This document shows positions 8,477 through 15,099 of a DNA stretch of 62,503 nt, one piece after another; the first letter of the stretch is position 1; each line of letters begins with the position of its first letter. Source of the stretch: a virus (Duplodnaviria; Caudoviricetes); the IMG/VR virus record IMGVR_UViG_3300022602_000095, positions 1 to 62,503 of that record. The stretch is one strand, 5' to 3'. The notes beneath the pieces were generated by a model. The model saw only the letters and a list, made by a program, of their open reading frames with translations, was not told the DNA's origin and searched no databases. A program made the position numbers and the translations under genes.

Positions 8477-8505
8477 GGGGGTGGTGGTAAAGGGCCATCA
8501 CCCCC
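8477..8505 (+). terminator. GC-rich hairpin, probable terminator or processing stem
   Basis: GGGGGTGGTGGT-AAAGG-GCCATCACCCCC, 12 bp with two G-U pairs; weak U tract. Confidence 0.55.
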
Positions 8506-8515
8506 ACATTATGTT

Positions 8516-8564
8516 CTTGAAGTTCCAATCAAATTCCCTTATACTGATCGTATGAAAAATAAGA
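8516..8564 (+). repeat. 49-nt direct repeat copy 2
   Basis: Matches 7871-7919 with one mismatch. Confidence 0.9.
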
Positions 8565-8809
8565 ACAACGTAACGAACAGAACGGTATCAGAGCTTGTAG
8601 ACCTCATTTGTGAGCTCCAGGAGAAGAAAGGTAATGGAGACTTCAAACATTCATATGCATTGGGTACCATTCAGGCCATCTTAGATTGGCACGTTAAGGG
8701 CTATACAACTGACCTTCAGGGAACGATTAACGATTCATATAACAATGTAAAGAAAGAGATGGATACTTTTGAACCGCTAACAGCAGTCACTGACTACCCA
8801 ACAGACTAA
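8552..8809 (+). CDS. early hypothetical protein
   Basis: Leaderless MKNK start. Confidence 0.7.
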   Translation: MKNKNNVTNRTVSELVDLICELQEKKGNGDFKHSYALGTIQAILDWHVKGYTTDLQGTINDSYNNVKKEMDTFEPLTAVTDYPTD

Positions 8810-8810
8810 T

Positions 8811-8882
8811 ATGAAGAAACGTTACATCATCTTATTCATCCTAGCTTTAATTACTATCAACTACCTAACTGACTCCTTCTAA
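8811..8882 (+). CDS. 23-aa single-TM peptide
   Basis: MKKRYIILFILALITINYLTDSF; TAATATG coupled. Confidence 0.45.
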   Translation: MKKRYIILFILALITINYLTDSF

Positions 8883-8883
8883 A

Positions 8884-8994
8884 ATGAATCCTTATCTACT
8901 CATCTTCATCCTTCTTCTAGCTATCCTTATCCTACCACTTCATGTTATAGTCCTGGCTGTACTCATTGCCTTGATTGTTAAAGCATTGGCATAA
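8884..8994 (+). CDS. 36-aa hydrophobic peptide
   Basis: MNPYLLIFILLLAILILPLHVIVLAVLIALIVKALA; starts 1 nt after the previous stop. Confidence 0.5.
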   Translation: MNPYLLIFILLLAILILPLHVIVLAVLIALIVKALA

Positions 8995-9366
8995 TTACTA
9001 TAGATGAATCAATTACAACAATTAGTTATAGACATAGAGAGAAAGAAGCTTCTGAAGGCATTGGACTATACGTCAGATGGATTGGTATATGATGGTGAGA
9101 TAGAAGCACTAATTCAAACGATGGTAGGTGTTCTAAAATCATGTCACTGTTCTAGAAACACCTAGTGGGGTTCTAGAACAGTGTGGGGGGATATAACCCA
9201 TAGTACGGGAATTTATAGATGTAGAAAAAAGGTTGTTGGGAGATAGGATGTGCATGGCCAAAATTTTGGGGAAAATTTTTTTTAGAATTTCCTATAAGGT
9301 TCCTATATAGGGGGGGATTTAGTAATATATAGGTTTTCCTGGGGATTACAAAACTAAGTATACTAT

Positions 9367-9462
9367 ATGAGATTATTCTTAGACATCTTCAATATTATTA
9401 TTATCTTCATTCTTACCGTTGTTCTATTATTAACTCTTTGGTACTACCCCGGTCCTAACTAA
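9367..9462 (+). CDS. 31-aa single-TM peptide
   Basis: TAAGTA-N6-ATG late-type start; MRLFLDIFNIIIIFILTVVLLLTLWYYPGPN. Confidence 0.45.
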   Translation: MRLFLDIFNIIIIFILTVVLLLTLWYYPGPN

Positions 9463-9559
9463 TGCCGTCTATAAGTCCGAGGTTATTAAGCATGGATGTG
9501 CCCATTGGGAGACGGATTTATCTGGTAATACAGAGTTTATCTGGAATAAATAATATTGT

Positions 9560-9694
9560 ATGCGTCTCAGGGAGCTCCACAAGATGTACAACATCTTGAT
9601 ATTCATCTTCATCTGGAACTTCATCTTTAATGTACTTGCCTGGCTTACCTGGATTGCTTACTACTTCTTTGATTACAGAGTACCTAGTCTGTAG
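9560..9694 (+). CDS. 44-aa single-TM peptide
   Basis: TAAATA-N7-ATG; ILIFIFIWNFIFNVLAWLTWIAYYFF. Confidence 0.45.
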   Translation: MRLRELHKMYNILIFIFIWNFIFNVLAWLTWIAYYFFDYRVPSL

Positions 9695-9730
9695 ATTTTT
9701 ATTTCCTTCATCCTTAATATACTGACATTC

Positions 9731-10003
9731 ATGGCAACAGTACTAATACCAGCACCACTCCGTAAACTAACCAACAACGTAGATACTGTATTTGTAGATG
9801 GATCTACGATCTTAGAGGTTATTGAGAACTTAGATTTCGGTTATCCTGGTATTCAAGAACGGATCTGTAATGAACACGGAGCCATTAGAAACTTTGTGAA
9901 CGTGTACCACAATGATGAGGATGTACGCTTTAAGTCCGGGCTCAGTACTGAGGTTAAGGATACTGATCTTATCTCTATAGTTCCTGCCATTGCCGGTGGT
10001 TAA
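9731..10003 (+). CDS. MoaD/ThiS-family ubiquitin-like sulfur carrier
   Basis: VLIPAPLRKLT...FVNVYHNDEDVRF...L.T.VKD.D.ISIVPAIAGG with C-terminal Gly-Gly. Confidence 0.9.
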   Translation: MATVLIPAPLRKLTNNVDTVFVDGSTILEVIENLDFGYPGIQERICNEHGAIRNFVNVYHNDEDVRFKSGLSTEVKDTDLISIVPAIAGG

Positions 10004-10065
10004 TAATTTTTTTTTTGTTTCCGGGCCGACTGGCGTTGAAGGGTAGGGTTAACTAAATAGCTTAG

Positions 10066-10306
10066 ATGAAGATGTTTAAAGCTTTTGTTGAAAGTTCACT
10101 AGAGAAGTATCATCATCATGCCAAGCATTCTAAAGCTGAAGCCGGCTATCAGGCACGTCCTTATAAAGGTCAGATCTGTAAGCTATGTACTATGTGGAGA
10201 CCTCCTAATGGGTGTACGGCTGTGAGTGGGTATAATAAACCCAAAGGGGTGGTGTGAGTGGTATAAACGCTCTAAGCTTCCGGCCGGGCATACTAAGGAA
10301 GGATAA
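10066..10306 (+). pseudogene. HiPIP-like (high-potential Fe-S) protein, frameshifted at GGG 10228-10230
   Basis: YQARPYKGQICKLCTMWRPPNGCTAVSG; removing one G gives IINPKGWCEWY and completes the 4-Cys motif. Confidence 0.65.
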
Positions 10307-10395
10307 GAATTTAAATCGTTCTAAAGCCGGGCCGGGCTCGAAGGCATGAAGGGTTCTGTGAAAAAAGAACCTTAGACTATAAATATTACTATAAT

Positions 10396-10953
10396 ATGAG
10401 TTCCCAGGATTTTCACCGCATTGACGAAGTCTATCACAATATCTATAGAAATAAGTTCCATAGAGAAGAACCTTTAATTCAAGAAGAAGACTCGATGTCT
10501 GAGGACGAAGAGTATCATGTTAAGGCCAAGGATCATGCTGAAGAAGCTGCTAAGGCCATCATGCACAAGCTTAAGCTCGAGTACGGTGATAAGTTTAATC
10601 CTGAGAAGGCAAAGGCCGCTGTTCAACACGCCTTGGGTTCAACCTCAGAGGATTGTGAAGAGTGGATGTTAAAACAGGACTACTCCCATACCCCCCAGCA
10701 GAAGAAAGGTTTAATTGATTACCTTAAGTCTGAAGATTCAGAAGAAACAGACCATAAGGCATATGATGATGCTAAGGCTGTAATTAAGCGTATTGGCAGC
10801 AAGATCGTTCATTGTCTTACCAATAGAAATAGTGACAATACATTTAAGAAGGAATTAGTACCAGTTGAGGCAACTCCTGAGAAGGCCCAATTTGTTATCT
10901 TTGATGAAGAGACAGAAAAGCCTTATAAGGTTTCTGTAGAGCTTGCCAAGTAA
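10396..10953 (+). CDS. acidic/His-rich late protein, probable internal head protein
   Basis: TATAAATA late promoter upstream; repeated EDxE blocks. Confidence 0.6.
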   Translation: MSSQDFHRIDEVYHNIYRNKFHREEPLIQEEDSMSEDEEYHVKAKDHAEEAAKAIMHKLKLEYGDKFNPEKAKAAVQHALGSTSEDCEEWMLKQDYSHTPQQKKGLIDYLKSEDSEETDHKAYDDAKAVIKRIGSKIVHCLTNRNSDNTFKKELVPVEATPEKAQFVIFDEETEKPYKVSVELAK

Positions 10954-10957
10954 AAAT

Positions 10958-11488
10958 ATGAATAACGATAGTAAACTTATTTTTGAAGCTTATAAGAAGA
11001 GACTTCAAGAAGAGGTATCAAAAGAGCTTACCATTGATACTATTAAGGATGCTATTGATACAACGCTTGAACCTTTCTGTGATTCAGGCATTAGCTTTAC
11101 ATCTGAAGGTAAAGTATCAAAGTATCTAGGTGATAAGAAGATAGCCCATTGGGAGGATGATGAGAATTACCGTAAAGCGGCAGCTCTCTTTGACGAGCTT
11201 GCTCAGAAGAGTTCAATGGCTGATAAGAATTTTTCATACGACCAGCATCCAGATGACGAGGAAGAGACACCGGAGTTTAAAGCTGCCATAGCCAAGCACA
11301 GAGAAGAGCTCAAGGCTAGAGGCTGGGAGCCTATGGAGCATGGTGGTTCAATAAAGAACCAAGGTGGTGATACACTCTTTTATTTCTGGAGTGGTGAGAG
11401 CTACTACAAAGGCGCTGCTTTAGAGAGTTCTATTAGAACAGCTAAAGAACACGGCTTTAAGAAAGTCGTATTAGTTCCTCAGGGCTAA
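10958..11488 (+). CDS. hypothetical late protein
   Basis: Start moved to MNNDSKLIFEAY, a motif shared with 13673. Confidence 0.6.
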   Translation: MNNDSKLIFEAYKKRLQEEVSKELTIDTIKDAIDTTLEPFCDSGISFTSEGKVSKYLGDKKIAHWEDDENYRKAAALFDELAQKSSMADKNFSYDQHPDDEEETPEFKAAIAKHREELKARGWEPMEHGGSIKNQGGDTLFYFWSGESYYKGAALESSIRTAKEHGFKKVVLVPQG

Positions 11489-11531
11489 TAATCCTGTTGA
11501 TATATTATAAGAAGTAATATATACTCTTCTT

Positions 11532-11810
11532 ATGTTGTATAAGAGTATATTAAGAGATATCTCAGGTGCAGTCATGGCTATCTCGTTCATGCTGTGTTAT
11601 TTACCACAGATTCTTAAGATTATTAAGACTCGTTCCTCTTCTGATATATCGCCTACTATGATCTTCTTAGGTCTTTCCGGTTATATATTTGGTATGATCT
11701 ATATGTTCCTTAATGTGTTCGGAACCTGGTGGTTCCTTAATTACCTGACCGGAATCATTAGTTCCTTGTTCCTTTTATACTATTGGTACAGGCACAGGAA
11801 CGGTTCCTAA
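11532..11810 (+). CDS. SemiSWEET/PQ-loop membrane transporter
   Basis: LPQILKIIKTRSSSDIS motif and three TM helices; TTGATA-17-TATACT-6-ATG. Confidence 0.8.
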   Translation: MLYKSILRDISGAVMAISFMLCYLPQILKIIKTRSSSDISPTMIFLGLSGYIFGMIYMFLNVFGTWWFLNYLTGIISSLFLLYYWYRHRNGS

Positions 11811-11893
11811 GGAACCTTTGTGCTAGGCTAATCATGTGACGAGGAACCTATACGTTTATATCAGCTTTAAACGTTCCGTGTAACTAGGCACCT

Positions 11894-12829
11894 TTATCTT
11901 GGTATAAAGATAGTATCGAAATTAACGTACAAGGTGGAACCTTGGGCACGAACACCTTCAAGAATTGCCTTTGGAGGAAGATTCTTAATGTGATTATCAT
12001 CTACAAGGTAATACTTTACATTACCATTTGCTAATACGTTAACGACATATCCACCATAACCGGGCTTTTTCTTGAGCTTTGTATCAAGGAATGCCTTAAG
12101 CATGGCAACAGCACCATCTTCTTGTGTAAAATTATTTGATGAAAGACCTAATCCATTTAATAACGTACTAATCTGATCGTAGACGCTCTTAATGGGAATG
12201 AAATTTGGCGCAACAGCTTTAAGCTGACTATTATCGTCCAATGTTTTTACTACTTGAAATGCTTGTTTGAGTTCTTCAGTATTGAATGTATCTAATGAAG
12301 GTGTGCGGCCGCCTTCATTAGTAGTTAAAAGATTACTAAAAAGAGTTTTGAGTCCAAATGCAATTGATAAGAGTTTGCGGTTTTCACTTTGGTTACCGAA
12401 TCTACCGATTCCCTTTGTACCTGTTGTGCCTTTTCTTTTTGACTCCGGATAGGATTTAACTTCCAAGCCAACGGTACCATTAAGACGTAAATCTGGATTA
12501 TCACTTTCACGTGTATCCTCTACACCAAAGCTACTTGACAAAAGCCAATATAAAGCAACCTCGCCATTACCAACACCCTTAGAACCAGCGGCATCAAGAT
12601 CATCACTACCTGCCTTTACAGGTGGGGCTATAGGGAAGAGCTTTCTAAAGCTATCCATATCACGAGGATCAACAGTGAAGCTAGTAAGCTTGCTATAATC
12701 ACCCTTAGGTGCTACAGATGGTATATTTGCAACTTGCTTTGGATCACCAAGGAGATACTTTGCTATTAATTGATTATATTGATCGGAGTTTTGAGATGCT
12801 TCTCTCAACACAAAGTCCTTAAAATTCAT
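11894..12829 (-). CDS. putative PD-(D/E)xK nuclease with capsid-targeting-like N-terminus
   Basis: MNFKDFVLRE start; GNGEVALYWL ... PDLRLNGTVGLEVKS catalytic-type motif. Confidence 0.55.
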   Translation of the reverse strand: MNFKDFVLREASQNSDQYNQLIAKYLLGDPKQVANIPSVAPKGDYSKLTSFTVDPRDMDSFRKLFPIAPPVKAGSDDLDAAGSKGVGNGEVALYWLLSSSFGVEDTRESDNPDLRLNGTVGLEVKSYPESKRKGTTGTKGIGRFGNQSENRKLLSIAFGLKTLFSNLLTTNEGGRTPSLDTFNTEELKQAFQVVKTLDDNSQLKAVAPNFIPIKSVYDQISTLLNGLGLSSNNFTQEDGAVAMLKAFLDTKLKKKPGYGGYVVNVLANGNVKYYLVDDNHIKNLPPKAILEGVRAQGSTLYVNFDTIFIPR

Positions 12830-12867
12830 ATATAAGTTATTTATACATCGAGCGTATAAATAATAGT

Positions 12868-13191
12868 ATGCTTAGAGATGCAAGAATGATTGCTGAGATT
12901 GCTTATAATAGTACCGATCCTATGTTACCTGGTCGTGGTATTGCGACGTCACAAACTATGCCTAATATGCCATCGGTAGCTAATGAAGAGCCTAAGAAGG
13001 AAGTTTCAAAGCAAGCAGTTAAAGATTGGATAAGACTTGAACCAGGTTTATATCCTATTGATACTGTACGTAAAGCTGATCATACAGCTCATACTATTCT
13101 TCAATTCATCTATTCTATTTGCGCCAGTCCTGATGCTGTTAATCGTGTATTAAAAACGATTAATAAAGCCTACAAGCAAGATCATAAGTAA
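12868..13191 (+). CDS. late hypothetical protein
   Basis: TATAAATA immediately upstream; MLRDARMIAE start. Confidence 0.6.
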   Translation: MLRDARMIAEIAYNSTDPMLPGRGIATSQTMPNMPSVANEEPKKEVSKQAVKDWIRLEPGLYPIDTVRKADHTAHTILQFIYSICASPDAVNRVLKTINKAYKQDHK

Positions 13192-13250
13192 AAGCTTGAC
13201 ACTTTAATCCATAGGCGTAAAATACCTATATAACCAAAGGATTAAATATT

Positions 13251-13460
13251 ATGAGTATGACGCTAAAAAATAAAGGTGTTAGTGCACCTGAAGAGAGAAA
13301 AGTAACAACCTTTATTACGTCAGATATGGTTATAGATCTCTATCTAAAAGCTAAAAAAGCAAAGGGTACTGAGAAGAAGATATTGATGGAAAGAGTTGTT
13401 TTCTTAAGTCAACACCTTAATCGGTATACCCCGCTTGTTCCGAGTCTTTATTCCGTTTAA
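13251..13460 (+). CDS. hypothetical protein
   Basis: TTGACA...TAAAAT promoter and AAGGA upstream. Confidence 0.6.
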   Translation: MSMTLKNKGVSAPEERKVTTFITSDMVIDLYLKAKKAKGTEKKILMERVVFLSQHLNRYTPLVPSLYSV

Positions 13461-13656
13461 ATTTTTCGTCATATTTTTTAACGATTTCGTCAATAACTCT
13501 TTTACGATTCTCGTTAAAGTGGTAACCACGACATTTTGGACAAAACGTTACTTCATATAAGGTCACGGTATCACAACCCTCACATACCTTATACCAAAAC
13601 CAAGTTGTTTTAATTTCTTGTTTAATATCCTCCAACGTAGGTTTTTCGGTGTTCAT
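13417..13656 (-). CDS. small zinc-ribbon protein
   Basis: CEGC...CPKC. Confidence 0.6.
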   Translation of the reverse strand: MNTEKPTLEDIKQEIKTTWFWYKVCEGCDTVTLYEVTFCPKCRGYHFNENRKRVIDEIVKKYDEKFKRNKDSEQAGYTD

Positions 13657-13672
13657 TTACTAAATAGTATAT

Positions 13673-14005
13673 ATGGTCAACGACATGTATGCCATCTTTG
13701 AATCGTATAAGCAGCTTAGAGAAGATCGAGCAGATTTAAGCGGTCTATCCACAGGTACAAATTTAAATGCTAATATTGATCATAATATTAGAAGCAATAT
13801 ACTCACCGGTGGTCAGGGTGCTACTCAGGATTATTCAGCCGGTGGCGGTGTAACGGCAGCGGGCGAAAATAATCAAGAACCAGCTTCTAAGGATATAGCT
13901 AAGATATTGAAGAGTTTAAATAAGTGTGCATACACTGCTGATTATAAACAAATGTTAGTTGATTGTATGCATCTTAGTAAGCTTATACAAAAGCTTATCA
14001 AATAA
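13673..14005 (+). CDS. late hypothetical protein
   Basis: TAAATA-N6-ATG; MVNDMYAIFESYKQLRE. Confidence 0.6.
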   Translation: MVNDMYAIFESYKQLREDRADLSGLSTGTNLNANIDHNIRSNILTGGQGATQDYSAGGGVTAAGENNQEPASKDIAKILKSLNKCAYTADYKQMLVDCMHLSKLIQKLIK

Positions 14006-14040
14006 TTTGATTTATAAAGCATTTATTGTATAATGCTTTG

Positions 14041-14514
14041 ATGGATACTATAACAAAGAATTTGGCTTGGACTGATATTTTCTATGGAGTTACTTCATTA
14101 GAAGAGCTTCTCAAGGGGGATAATTTTATCCCTGATGTTATTATTACTATTGGCCGAGGTGGTATGATCCCAGGTACCCTTCTTGCCTATCGCTTAGATG
14201 TAAAAATTGTACAAAACTTTTCTGTACAAACGTATAATGAAAAAAACGTAAAGTCGGGTTTTATTATCTCTATTCAGGAACCCGGTCATAGTCTAGCCCT
14301 TAAGCATCGTGATGACAAGATCTTAGTCGTTGATGATATTTCCGATGGCGGTTCGACTCTTGAGTATATTAAAAATGAATTAGCAACAAACTACGGACTC
14401 AATAATCTTCGCTTTGCTACCCTCTATACAAAACCTCATACCACGTTTGTACCTGATTATTACGTAACTGAATATCCAAATGATTCTTGGATTATATTTC
14501 CCTGGGAGGTTTAA
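14041..14514 (+). CDS. purine phosphoribosyltransferase (Gpt/Hpt-like)
   Basis: IGRGGMIPG, PRPP-binding loop ILVVDDISDGGSTL, WIIFPWE; start 6 nt after TATAAT. Confidence 0.9.
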   Translation: MDTITKNLAWTDIFYGVTSLEELLKGDNFIPDVIITIGRGGMIPGTLLAYRLDVKIVQNFSVQTYNEKNVKSGFIISIQEPGHSLALKHRDDKILVVDDISDGGSTLEYIKNELATNYGLNNLRFATLYTKPHTTFVPDYYVTEYPNDSWIIFPWEV

Positions 14515-14738
14515 TCCTTAAGAATAGAAGAAAGAATCTCTAAGAGTTTATTAGCATCCTTCTTCTTGAGAGTAAATTGTCTCTCTTTAGGCAAGAGATT
14601 ACCACCAATTGCTGATAGATTACTTGGAAACGTATCATTAATGTTACCAGTGGTCATGCCAATATCAGGACCAGTTTGAATGGTGTTTTGACTTTTTGGC
14701 GAGATATTAAAATCTTCTACTAACTTATTGAATTTCAT
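14511..14738 (-). CDS. small protein with capsid-targeting-like start
   Basis: MKFNKLVED start. Confidence 0.55.
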   Translation of the reverse strand: MKFNKLVEDFNISPKSQNTIQTGPDIGMTTGNINDTFPSNLSAIGGNLLPKERQFTLKKKDANKLLEILSSILKD

Positions 14739-15084
14739 TTTTAGGTTTAGGGTATTTTTTCTTTACAGCTTTACAAGCTTTAATATACTTATCAATTTGT
14801 TTATGATCATTCTTTACAATACCATCTATATAATCGTAGATAGAGGGATATGCTCGAGCTCGTAATACTTGATAGGGTACAACAGGTTCTATTTTTTCTA
14901 TAATATTCCAAACTTGTTCCTCTTCGTTAAATTGAAGCAATTCATTTTCTCTAGGACTACGCGTGGGTCTAACAGTAGTAGCGTTGGCTGGAACTAACCA
15001 TCTACCTGGTACTAGAGGATCGGCGTCGGCATCTTCTTCATACCAAAATAGCTTTGTATCAGGATGATAATTATATACTTTCAC
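14725..15084 (-). CDS. tail fibre assembly chaperone
   Basis: VYNYHPDT...ADPLVPGRWLVPANATTVRP; RARAYPSI..YIDG; directly downstream of the tail fibre. Confidence 0.75.
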   Translation of the reverse strand: MKVYNYHPDTKLFWYEEDADADPLVPGRWLVPANATTVRPTRSPRENELLQFNEEEQVWNIIEKIEPVVPYQVLRARAYPSIYDYIDGIVKNDHKQIDKYIKACKAVKKKYPKPKNEIQ

Positions 15085-15099
15085 TAGCTATATTATAGC

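Larger units (their letters stand above)
782..8564 (+). promoter_or_regulatory. array of 14 related early promoters (TTG-N3, TTCC in spacer, -10 mostly TATACT/CATAAT, usually ATG 6 nt downstream)
   Basis: -35 boxes start at 782, 1459, 2991, 3504, 5182, 5402, 5890, 6201, 6973, 7420, 7573, 7872, 8015 and 8517; 17-nt spacer (18 at 6201); 12 of 14 are followed 6 nt later by ATGAA. Confidence 0.85.

Noticed and set aside
782-8564. Recurring ~45-nt motif considered as a CRISPR-like array
   Set aside because: Copies are degenerate, irregularly spaced by whole genes and have -35/-10 promoter geometry; no cas genes seen
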